From contig MNCI01000811.1 of assembly GCA_015680685.1 (NCBI GenBank), forward strand, positions 236,381-300,380: a stretch of DNA of 64,000 bases. Direction: 5' to 3'. The first letter of the stretch is position 1. Each line of letters opens with the position of its first letter. Below are positions 12,336 through 24,300 of the stretch, piece after piece. The notes under the pieces are model-generated. The model had not been told where the DNA came from. It was given only the letters and a program-made list of their open reading frames with translations, and did no database searches. Source of the DNA: Gnetum montanum. Its lineage: Eukaryota > Plantae > Gnetophyta. The translations under genes were made by a program, and so were the position numbers.

Positions 12336-14399
12336 AACAGCATCAAAAAGGACAAGGCACATAAATCGATTAAAGAGACATCATAAAAGTGCAATATCAT
12401 ATAATATGTATAATTAACAACACGTGATAATCCTAAGGACATAAAGACATTGAGTAAAAGAGTGCACATCTTTTAGCATTGATTTTCATGAAGAGTTGCC
12501 CCTAATATATCAAGAAATGATCCAAGTCTTTCAGGTGATATTCAAACTGAAAGCTTGAAGTGAAATATAGTCCTTGAAGATCAAGTAACCTATTTCTAAA
12601 CTAATAATCCATCAGTAGTTTGCATCACATGGTCCATTAATATTCTAATATTCTCTATCTTTGCAAAAAATCAATAAAAGAATAGGGCATATATTTTATG
12701 ATAGCAATATAACTTTGTAATTTGAAACTAGTCATGTCAAATTTGAAATTCATCGAATACAATGTACATCTCAAGGAAAACTATTCAAGGGATGTTTTAA
12801 TTAAAACCATAGATAGTTTTTTTATAAATAGAATGATCATATTATTACTCAAATTACTATAAGGAATAATATCAACTATTTTCTTTCTTTCATAAAAATA
12901 TAGGTACTTCTTGCTTAAGCTTATGCTTGAATATTGAATAGGTGGGCTAATGAGATTTGCTCTTTTCAATTCAAAAATAGGAAGCTACAACTAAACCAAA
13001 AAGGTCCAACAACACACAATTTGATGGCAAAGATAAATCATGTAGGAACAAGTAGCCTATTTATTGAAAATGATTATCTCATTAAACCTTGTATCTCTAT
13101 ACTTAACTAGAAATTTGGAAAAACATCAATACAAGGATATGGAAGCCATGAGAGAAACATGCATATTAGGCTTTTTTTACAAGGAAATGCAACAAACACA
13201 ACCATTTATCAAAAAGAAATCATGCTAATTGAGAAATATGTATATATTAATATACATCATTTTTAACAAAGGATATCAAGAACACAAATTCAATACTTAG
13301 CCATTCTCTTAAAAGAAAACTACCTCTTGATGTCCTTATCTTGCCCATTTTGGAATATCATTTTATTTTAATTTTTTTTGGTTGAATTCTGCAAAGACTT
13401 CCCTTACCTTGGTAACCTCCAAGATGATGATGGATAATGAGGAATAGGCTCCCCCTATTCATGTGTTGTTTATCTTGAGCTTTTACGATCAATGTGTAAA
13501 TGTTGTAAATCACCAAAACACTACAACTATAGGTCAACATTAAGATAAAATGTGGAGACTAAGGTGTCCAATAAGTAATATTAATATAATTTTTCAAAAT
13601 CTTGTATTATCTCATAACTAGCAAAAATATTCCAAAGGAAATGATCTTAGAAATAGATCATCACAAGAAGTAAGATTAAATGCAAGACAAAAATCAAACT
13701 AAAATTATTACAAGATGAATATCCGAGGAAAATTATTACAAGTGCCACAAAGACATCTTTCCCATGTTGAAAATTCATAGTGGATATTTTTTATCCACAA
13801 AAGACATCTTTCCCATGATAAACAGAAAATCAGAGAGACGTCTTTGTTTACATGAAGACATCTTTAGAGAGACATCTTTGGTTATTTGAAGACTTTTTTT
13901 GAGAGACATATTTATTTTTGGAAAGACATATTTGAAAAAATTTGGATGGGATTAGGAAAGTCTACCAATGAATTATAGTCTTAATGAAAGCTTAAAAACA
14001 AAAAAAAAATTACCTATACTTACCTACAACACTGTCGAAAGGTCATGATGTTCAAAGGGCTAGAGAATGAGTTTCCTTTTTTGAGGATTCTCTTCTCAAT
14101 CGAACTTCTCCAATGTCCAAATCTTAGCTTCCTTTTACTAATCTATTGGTGAGGATGTTCTAATTCCCATGTTCCTAATGTTTAATTCCCCATTCTTTTC
14201 TTGGTGCTTTTGTTTTCTGAGTTGACATTCAATCTTCCCTGTGATCTTACACAACACCCTTTCTTGATGTACTTTGATAAGATCAAGGAGTCCTATGATA
14301 TAACCAATTACTTACATGATAATATTTAATATTGTAATTCCATTATTTATGTCCTAAATTATGACAATAATAACACCTAATCCTCCTATGGTAGTATGA

Positions 14400-15927
14400 G
14401 TGATTAGAATAATCAAACCTTTCAAGATCCTTTTAAGATATGGGTGCTTCCTTTGATTTTGATGTGCTAGATTTTTCTTTAGAAGGATCATTTGTTTGGG
14501 ATGTGTTTATAGGTGATGAAAGTTCTTGAGTACAACATCCCATACCACTCTTATCATGTGAACTTCTTCCTTGTCCTAGGATCATTTGAAGGGATTCTTT
14601 TTCTTTTGACGATCTCTCATTTATTAATTTGACATCTGCAACTTCAACTTTAGCCTATTCTGAAGATAAGGTTAGCTTCTCATTCTCATCCCTTAGGTGT
14701 GAGAGTCGTTTAGAAAGATCAAAAATAGTTAAATTCAATAATGATATTTCTTAATCTTTATACTTGACTTGTCTATTCAACTTAGTGCAAAGACTTTAAA
14801 ATGATAGAAGTTCATTACATAAAAGATCAAACCTTTCATCATCGCTAAGATCATTGTCTCATTAATTAGCATCATCATCAGTTAGGGCCATGCATATGAG
14901 ATGAGAATTTTTTTCATCATCCTCTACTTCTTCCTCACTCTACTTCCCATCATTCCAACTTATATAAAAGTTGGTTTTCTTTACTTCTTCAATGGACTTA
15001 TTCTTGGGTTGTAATCTAAAATTGCTATGACATTTAGAGGCCATATGGGATCTTCCTCCACAAACACAACATTCTACATAAGAGAATTTTAAATTAGGAT
15101 TAAAAAAATTCTTATCTGTTTCTTTACCTTTGAATGAATTGAATCTTTGTTGATGTGTTCCTTTGTTTCTTCTAATTATCAATCATTGTAGCTTCCTAGT
15201 GAGAAAGGCAATCTCATCTTCACAACCCTCATCATGATCATTAATCTCATTCTCCTTGGAGGCTATCTTCAAGGCAATGGATCTTTCTTGAATAGCTCCT
15301 TCTCTTATAAGATTCATTTCATAAGCAATTAGAGAACTTTGAAGTTCTTCAAATTTTAGAGTTGAGACGTCTCTAATTTCTTCCATTGTCATGACCTTGG
15401 GTCTGAACTCCAGTTGAAGAGTTTTGATCATTTTAACAATCACATCACTTTTGGACAAGTCTTTACTAGTACCCCTAATGGCTACAATAATATCATTGGT
15501 TCTAGAGAAGTAATCTTTTATCTTTACACCTTCTCTCATTCTAATATTATTGTATTCACTTTGCAAGAATAACAATTTATATTACTTAACAATAGATGTA
15601 CCTTCATATGTAGCTTCTAAAATTTGCCCAAATTTCTTTGGCTATTTTACATCCTACTACTCTATTAAATTTAGATTTATTCAAAGCACAATATAAATAA
15701 TTTTTTTCTCTAGAATTGAACATGAACTTATCTTTCTTCTCTTGTGTTCATTTGTTGCAAGGCTTGATGATATCGATGGAGCTATCAACAAGTGGAGCAT
15801 AGCCTTCAATAATTAACTCCCACACTTCAAACTCCATGGATTCAAAGAATCCTTGCATTCTATCTTTCCAATAGATGAATTCAAATCCATTGAACATGGA
15901 TGGCTTTGTGTAAGATGTCCCTTACAT
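14400..15927 (-). pseudogene. gag: Copia (SIRE-type) extended gag, degenerate
   Basis: KPSMFNGFEFIYWKDRMQGFFESMEFEVWELIIEGY; ILEATYEGTSIVK; ORF 15183..15575 (UBN2-like LQSEYNNIRMREG...ELQSSLIAYE); zinc knuckle CCVCGGRSHMASKC; coiled-coil stretch and MILGQGRSSHDKSGMG. Confidence 0.85.
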
Positions 15928-15967
15928 TGTTCACTCTTGAAGTTGATGATGATAGAAGAGAGTCCCA

Positions 15968-15980
15968 AGCTTCAATATCA
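15968..15980 (-). promoter_or_regulatory. Degenerate tRNA-iMet PBS
   Basis: Minus strand TGATATTGAAGCT lies 2 nt inside the 5' LTR and resembles TGGTATCAGAGC. Confidence 0.6.
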
Positions 15981-15982
15981 CT

Positions 15983-17191
15983 TGTGGATTGTTGAACTTA
16001 GAAGGAGGGGATGAGTAAGTTTCTCAACTTGAAATTCTTTAGACAAAGCACACATACCAAATTTAACATTATTCTCCAACTTGCGTACTCCACACTCAGA
16101 GGATAGATTGAAAGCACACCTTTAGACTTTATTGCTCTCAAATGTGGTTTAAGGGGTACCACACCCTGTATAATCTCTAAGCCCCACTCTAGAGTGTTGT
16201 GACACTACATCAACCACTCAACCCTATAAGGTCTCGTTAGGCTTAGAATGTGTTTCTAAGCTTTCATAACCTTTACAATCTTGAGCTCCACTTTGGGGTA
16301 TTATGCTACAACACCAACCACTTAATCTCATAGGATCCTGACAAGCTCAAGAAAGATGCCTTCCTATAAGAGGCACATCAACCCTATAGGGTCCAAGGAA
16401 GAACAATAATTACAAAGGATGAATGCAACTTCATTTGCTGATCCTTGTACTTTGAGGTACAGAATACTTCACAATCAACAAATGATAACATAATGAGGAG
16501 CAACAGTGATTACAATGATTAACAAATGATTGTACAAGAGCTTGCTCTTTTCCCAATGAGAGTGATGTTTTCTTATAGTCACCATGTTTCCAAATCCATC
16601 TTGGAACTTGTGCAGCAACTACCTAATGGTAGCTAATGATCATGGAAGGCATTTTCTTCATGCTTGAGATGTCTTTCTCTATTTGCCTCCATTTTGGAAA
16701 GATGTCTTTGTTTCATGGAAGATGTCTTTTTGAAACTAGCCTACATTCTATGAAGACATCTTTGTTTGGGGAAATACATCTTTGCCTAATGAAAGACATT
16801 TACTATTTCTTAGAGATTTCTTTGTTTGTGCATCCTTCAATTCTACCAAGATGTCTACTATTTCTCAAAGACATCTTTCTTCACCTTCCTTTACATGATT
16901 AATACCTCATTCCTTGTTCATAACCTTGCACTTCCACATGCTCCAATGATGACAACTTTGCTTGTGAGTTATTTGGTCCTTGTCCACATTCTTAAATTCT
17001 TGCATGTTCACTTGAGACCTTATGGATTACCTTCTTATTTAAGCTCTAAATCAACTTGTTCCTTTTCATTAATGTAAACTCTATCTCAAGTTTCCCAAGT
17101 ACATTGTCTTACAAACACAACAACCACACAACCATACACACAACCTTTGTCTCCATTTTACTTAATTTTTTGACACAACATAAGGTCCACA
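15983..17191 (-). repeat. 5' LTR of the SIRE-like element
   Basis: TGTGGA...TCCACA termini; colinear with 11031-12239. Confidence 0.9.
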
Positions 17192-20110
17192 TCTTCATCC
17201 ATTCTTATCCCATCCTTAGAAATGACATGTCCTAATACTATACTGCTTATAACCATTAAGTCACATTTTTTCAAACTTAATTTAAAATTTTAATCTATAC
17301 ATCTATCTAAAACACACTATAAATGTTGCAATGGTTGTTCATGAGTATCCCTATAGACCAAAAAATCATTCATGAATACTGCTACATAGACTGCTAACAT
17401 ATCAAAGTATGATGATATCATGGTTCTTTCAAATATAGCAGGTGTATTATAGAGACTGAAAGGCATCCTACAGTAAGCAAAAGTTCCATATGGACATGTA
17501 AAAGTTGTTTTATGTTGATCCTCAAGTTCAATGGCTACTTGAATATAACCACTAAATTTATCCAAAAAGTAATAGTACTCATGTCCTTCTAATTTCTCCA
17601 AAATTTGATCTATGTAGGGTAAGGGGAAATGATCTTTCTTTGTGTTTTAATTAAGCTTCATATAGTCCACACAAACTTGTTATTTTCCACCCTTTTGAGG
17701 AACTATAGTCATAGGACTTATCCACTTATTATTGTCTATTGGATAAATAATCCCTTTCTTTCAAAGATTTTAAATTTCATCTTTAACAATTTGTTTTAAG
17801 ATTGGATTAATTCTTTTAGGGGGAATTGCTATTGGTTTCACATTATCTTCTAAATATATGTGATGTTGGCATATGTTAGGTGATATTCCTTGATGGAGGT
17901 CCCCATAACTCCATGAAGATACCTTAGAATTTATGTGTAAAACTTATAATAAGTTTTCTTCTTTCTTATCAAAAAGCTGGAAATTTATTGTTAAAGGTTT
18001 ATTTTGGTCAAGGAATATGTACTTTGGAGTACTAGGTAGTTCTCTAGGATCTAAAGAATCATTATTTGGTGGTTGTATTGTTTCTCCAATATTTTCCAAT
18101 TTCAAATTCAATATTTGATCAAGAAGGTCTTTTTATTCTTTTGTAGAAGGATCTAAAGATTCTTCCTTAAAGTTATTTAATATTAATGTTTTCCTATCTT
18201 GTGCCATTGTTGATGTGGGTATTATGTAGAGCATTCTTGATTCCTTTATATATTGGTTCAATCGATCTTGTTTTACTATATCATTTATATTGAGCATAAA
18301 AGTAAGATTAGAAAACGATAATTAAAGTTGTCTTGATCTATAATTAATTACTGCATCAACTATTGCTAACTAAGGTTTACCTAATATGATGGGAAAACAA
18401 TCTGAATCTTTTACTTCTAACACTACAAAGTCAACTCCTATAGGTTTTACATTAATACCATTATCTTCTACAACTCCAATATTTTCCTTTTTCAAACTTC
18501 ACAATTAAATCTTCTATGACTCCTATAGGTTTTACATTAAAACAATTATCCAAGGATATTGTCATATTTCCTTCCTTATATCTTCCAAATCTAGTGACCT
18601 AGTCATTTCAAATGGCATAATGTTGATGGTAGCTCCTAGATCCAATAGGGAATTTTCAATATTCTGTCCATTTATCTTAATTGGAATTGTGGGTACCCTT
18701 AGATCTAGGTATTTTGGAAATTCATGGCTTCTTATTACTTGAGACAAATTATCAACAAAATAGACTTGCCTAGGAATCTTTTCTTTTCTTTTCCTTGTGC
18801 ATAATTCCCTTAAGTATTTATCATAAAGCAGTGTATCTGTTATAGCTTTTTCTAAAGTAATATGCAAATATAACTCATTAAACATCTTTTCTATATGAGC
18901 TTTGATCATAAATTCCTCTTTCAATCACTTATGGAAATGAGGTAAAACCGTTTGTCTTGGTAAAGAAGAAGAGGTTGATGGTTGTTCTCTTTCTCTTATT
19001 AATTGATTATTTTCCTCTTTACTTAATACTTGTTGTTGAGCTTTTTCTTGTATCTTAACTTCTTGAAATCTAACCTTCTTCTAAGGTATAGGCTCAATAT
19101 TGTTCCCACCCCTAATGGTGATGGAATATAATTGTTTCTTACTTGTTCTTTAAGAAGTAGGATCTACCTCAAGTTGAGAAGGTAATTCATTCTTTGTTAA
19201 ATCTTGGAATATTCTTCTTTTTTTAATTCATGAATTACCTACTTTCCTCCATAAAGGAAGTAAGAATTTGAGTGAGTTTATCCAAGTATTCACTAGTTGG
19301 GATTCTTATAGGTTTAAAATTATTTTAAGGATATTTTTGTTGGAAATGTGGTCTTTGTTGGAAGGTGATTGTTGGTTGGCTTCTATATTGTTGAAAAGCC
19401 TTTATTGATTCTTATACTTCCTCATGACACTATGCTATGACTAGGCATGTGGTACAATCATATTTTTGGCTATCACAAAGGTTACATACTTGACATTTCA
19501 CCCCATGAGCTCACTTATTTATTAATGGTGTCAACTCTTCCACTTTTTTATTTAATTGTTTAGTTTTTTGGGTCATGTCTTGCATGACATTGGATTTTGA
19601 TCATCTCTTACTCTAATCTACTAATAAATCCATTATCTTCCAACCATCCTCCAGTGTTACATTTAATATATTTCTACCACATGCAAACTCAACATTTTGC
19701 CTAAAGTACGATAATAAACCTTCTACAAAGATTTGGATAACTTGATGGGTTGGAAATCCAAGGATGGGAATTTTTTAAACATAATCCCTTAAACCTATTA
19801 AAAGTACTCTCATAATCCTCATCTTCTTATTGCATAAATCTCATTAGTTACTTCCTTAATGAATACAACCTATCATTAGAAAGAAATCTCTAGAGAAAGA
19901 TAGCCTTGAATTCATTCCATGAACTAATTTGCATCCTAAGGGTTTGTTCTATCTCAACTTCGAGATGCCAACATTGATAATGTGGTTTCAAATTTCATTA
20001 TGTGAGTGGTTGGATCTTCATCATTTATTCTCCTAAAAATAGATAATAAGTGAATGTTTTTGACCTCCACATCTCTAACTTGGGGAAAAACTAATGATCT
20101 TTAAGGTATT
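17192..20110 (-). pseudogene. pol: Element A: gag (core and C-terminal part), protease and RT
   Basis: ORF 17317..17601 FLDKFSGYIQVAI..DQHKTTFTCPYGTFAYCRMPF..VFMND; ORF 18562..18924 LLDLGATINIMP (protease); gag EVKNIHLLSIFRRINDEDPTTHIMKF near 19990-20070. Confidence 0.9.
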
Positions 20111-20994
20111 TGATGAATTGTAGATTGGTTGCATCGATTGGGCATCATTGACCAAGCCTTGTCGACTAGGCCCTATCAATGCATGATTTGATGAGTTGAA
20201 ATGGCCTTGTCAATGTAGTGTCTATTTTCACCTATAAATACACACTCACCCACCATGTTTATGGTTTGTCTTATCATAGTTGTAGCGAAACTCTTGTAGT
20301 TTTGTCATTTGAAAGTTATAATATTTTTCTAGCTGCTCTTAGTAGGAGTCAAGAGTGTACAGATATTTATTTGAGCACTATTGTACCTGAGTGCAACAAT
20401 GTTTATAGTAATAAATATGAGCTTTTTTATAAACCTTGCAGCACTTTGAAATAGAATAATTATTTATTTCTGCATTTCATGTTTTATGCAATTTTCTTTA
20501 ATGCTTTAAGTGACCAAATACATAATTAGGATAAATTAAGAAAGATTAAGTAGTGATTAATTAGGCACATAAGAACTACCACTTCAAGCATTTGCTTGAT
20601 TCTTGGCAATCCCAATAACACTTACCATTTGGTAATCCAATAGCATTAAGCATGTGCAAGATGTGTACGGCAATTGGAAACGAATGCTTATGTTAGGATT
20701 AGTTAGGTGTAGTTAGTTAGATTAAATTAGTAATTAAATTACTTCATTCCTTTCATCCTTATTTTAAGCATCCAAAACATAAAATATAAAAATAATAAAA
20801 ACCATATGCCTCGATTACACTCAACCTTTTCATATAACAAGTGCAATTGAAAAGACAACAAATGACTATTAGGGCAAGTTCACTTTCTAGAAGCTAGTCT
20901 ACCAGAAGATAAAGGATCCATAGAATTCGACTATATCATGCATGAACACTTAGTGATTCATATGGTTAAGTGTAGGCATATTTTCCACTCATCA
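20111..20994 (+). repeat. 5' LTR of element B (884 bp)
   Basis: Colinear with 32370-33272. GTCGACTAGGCC/CATCGAT-type motif array at 20130-20220, followed by CCTATAAATA at ~20231. Confidence 0.92.
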
Positions 20995-20995
20995 T

Positions 20996-21014
20996 TAGTG
21001 CCATTATTAGGGAT
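20996..21014 (+). promoter_or_regulatory. Degenerate tRNA-Asp PBS of element B
   Basis: TAGTGCCATTATTAGGGAT directly after the LTR differs from the Athila PBS TGGCGCCGTTGCCGGGGAT only by C>T and G>A changes. Confidence 0.75.
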
Positions 21015-21399
21015 TCTTTTTATTTGAAATGTATGCTATCAAGGTATAGTGAAAATCATTAACATCGTTGGATGAATCCTAAGGTCAAAAAATAATTCTA
21101 AAATTAAAAATAATAATTTAAGCACACTGATATTTTATTCTAATTGCAAAATATCTTCTTCTCACAAGCTCTATGATACTCAATCACCAATGCTTATAGA
21201 ATGCAGTGTGGTATATACTCATCTAGATGAGTATGTGCCTGACTTCACCTTCATCCTGCATAACTATAGTGGTGAGATATGGAGGGTAACCTTGTAATGA
21301 CTTCTGATCGATCTGTGCTTGATATTCTACTCCAAACTCTTAGGAGGTTAGGCATCTAGAATCTTCAAGAAGAGTACATTGTGCATGACCATGACTATT

Positions 21400-24300
21400 A
21401 AGACTACCATCACACTCAAATACAACACAAGAGAGATTGACACCAAGAGAAGCACCATGAGGCTTTGAAGGGGAAATAGTTCATCAATCCCTCATTCATG
21501 CTCAATCAAAATAACAATGAGGATCCTTCCTCTAGGGGTTCTCAACATGAAGATTCTCCACCCCTTGATATTGGTTATGAGGGCTTGAACCTAAAGGTAT
21601 AGTCCACTATCAACAATCTAGGTTTAGGAAAAAGTGAGAGTTAAAATAGGGGCTTAGGCAAGCATCAAGATGACATGAAAATTGATGAATTTGTCCATGA
21701 TAAGCATATAGGTGGTGGTAGTTCTCTTCCCTCTTCATCCTCTTCATCGACATCTTCTTCTTTCTCTTCTAGTTCTAACAGATGTCATAGAAAGAACAAC
21801 CATGATGAAGGTAAACAGTGGGACAATAATAATCATAGAGACAGCCATGAAAGAAGAGGTAGCAGAGGACATCATAGGTGTCATTGAAATAATGATGATG
21901 ATGAGCCTTCTCTAGTAACTTGAAGTATGTTGAATATCACAAAGGTAATAAAAATTCCAACCAAACATGTGAAAGATAGTCAAATCAAGCAACTTGACAT
22001 GAACAATATCCCCATATTTGAGGGGGATCTAACTTTCATCCACAAGCACATCTTCAAGACTTTTTGAATGCATGTTCCTTATAGAATATTGAAAATTATT
22101 GGTAGAAATTAAAGTTATTTTCTAGGACACTCAACAAGGAAGCAGAAAATTGGTATCAATCCTTGAAGCGAGAATCCATCCATAGTCAAATTACAATGCT
22201 AGAGATGTTCAATGATAAATACTAGATGTACTCTTAAGTGTTTAATCTAAGAAGGTAGATCCAATGATGAAAGTAAGGAACACATGAGCCCTTGGACACT
22301 TCCATGGGCATTTACTAGTCTCTCATACATCAATGCCATAGCCATGGTTATTCTTAGTGGAAACAACTTTGTCATATCATAGATGGACTTAGATCAAAAA
22401 CAATAACTCAGAACTAATGAAGACTATCAGAACTTATAGCTCATCAAATCCAAAGGTTGATAGAGCAAGTAGAAAAAGAAGAAGCAAAGTTGAGAAAATA
22501 AGAAAGTGCTAAGGAATATAACAGGGATCCTTCCATTAGAAAAAGGGAGGCCTAATTTTACAACAATGTGGACGAGTCCCCACTTGATGAGGTGGTACAA
22601 TGAAAAACCTTACCAAAGGAAGGCCTAATTTTACAACAATGTGGAGGAGTCCCCACTTGATGAGGTGGTATAATGAAAAAACTTACCAATACAAAAATAT
22701 ATTTCTAATATATTAGCCAAGGTTGATAAATTATAAGACTCTTGCGATGAAAAATTCAAAAATTCTCTAAGAATTGCAAAAGAATCAAAAGAGCATAGTA
22801 GTGTTCATGACTGTAGGAGGTGAAAAGAAGCTAGATGTGCCCACTAAAGGGGTAAAGGAAAGGTTGTAGCAGTAAAAGAGGTTGTGAGCCAAAATCAAAT
22901 GATGATGGTGGATGCAACATCTTCCATAGGAACATCCCAAGAGATGTTGGCTAATTGTGTCACACTTACAGGAATCTGGGGTGTATGCTCTGAATCCTAG
23001 ACTAGCATGAAGGCAAGCACATAGAAGATTACCTTATCCACAAGCAATCCAAGGTAGTTCCATTAGCAACAATAAGCTTATTATCCAAGTGGAGCTCCAC
23101 CACAACCGTATGAGCAATATTAATAGTGAAAACGTCCATAGTCATGGGGGATGTCACTACCAAGGTAGAAGTACCCTTACAGGTAGCTGTATTCATATGG
23201 ATACTATGTTCAAAAACCAACGTCTCTACGTGACTCTTCTAGTCATGCTTCTTTTCAGCATCACTACTACCCTTTAGAATATTACAAAACTCATTCTTCA
23301 TCTAGTAGAGTGGAAACCCCATATCCCTATCACCCTTCTCATCCTTCAGCACATGCTCCTCCATCCTTAACCCAATTACCACCTACTCCATCCATGTAGG
23401 GTGAGCTTCTGGCCCAACCACAACAACATAATGCTACCAAGGCTATTAACTTATAGCAGGCTTCTTAGCCAAGTGATTCAGAACCAATATTCCATAAAAT
23501 ATCATTCTTTTGAACCAATAGCCCTACTAAAGCCTCACCTACTTATGTGGTTGGTTTCCCTGCATCTCCTTCATCCTTTGCATCTATTCCTTTTGAAATC
23601 CCTTCAAACCAAATGCCTCCTAAGATCCACACAATAACGTTAACCCACACTATATCAAATTGGATCAATGCTAGCAACCATCCTAGGAAAAGGGCTAATC
23701 CTAGAAGTCCTCTTATCTATTTGTACATTGCTAGGAATGAGCCATGCAAAGCTCTTCTTGACTCAAGTTCTAGAGTTAATATGATTTCTCACAAAATGTA
23801 CTATGCCTGGATTCTACCTCCTCTCAAGAAGAGCAACATCCGTTTTAAATTGGTAGATCAATCCATCATAGTTCCATTGGAACTGGTAGAAGATATTGTG
23901 ACCACTATCTATAGGTGGTCTTATCTTGTTAATTTCCTGGTAATCAAAGTTGACAATTGTAAGGAGGACTTCCCAATCATTATGGGAAGGGCTTGGTTGA
24001 GCATTGTTGATGCAAAAATGAACATCAATTATCTTTCCTTGGAAATTTTCAAAGAAAATGCATTCAAAAAGATCAAGAAGAAGTAAGTTCCATGCATCAT
24101 GTATAATGATATAGGGTGCAACTACATGCATAAACTATGATTCGTGAAAAGAGTATCCATTTTTGCATGTAAGAAATGTGCAAATGAGGTAGATATTCAA
24201 AGGTGCCTATACGTAGTAGCCACAAAATAGAAGAATACCCAGTGTCTAATAACTAATCTTAGAAATAGCACACTTTACATGGAACCTACTGAGAGTCTGA

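Larger units (their letters stand above)
11031..17191 (-). mobile_element. Ty1/copia SIRE/Maximus-like element with both LTRs, gag-only (no pol), nested in the pol of element A
   Basis: Two colinear ~1209-bp LTRs with TGTGGA...TCCACA termini. TSD TCTTT (11026-11030) / TCTTC (17192-17196). Host peptide reads through across the insertion (LGHVISKDGIRMD | ENVKVISILIAPTNLK). Confidence 0.9.

Noticed and set aside
23547-24086. Longest ORF (179 aa) as a functional host aspartic protease
   Set aside because: It is the retrotransposon protease region of element B, with the catalytic DSG changed to DSS and broken frames on both sides.
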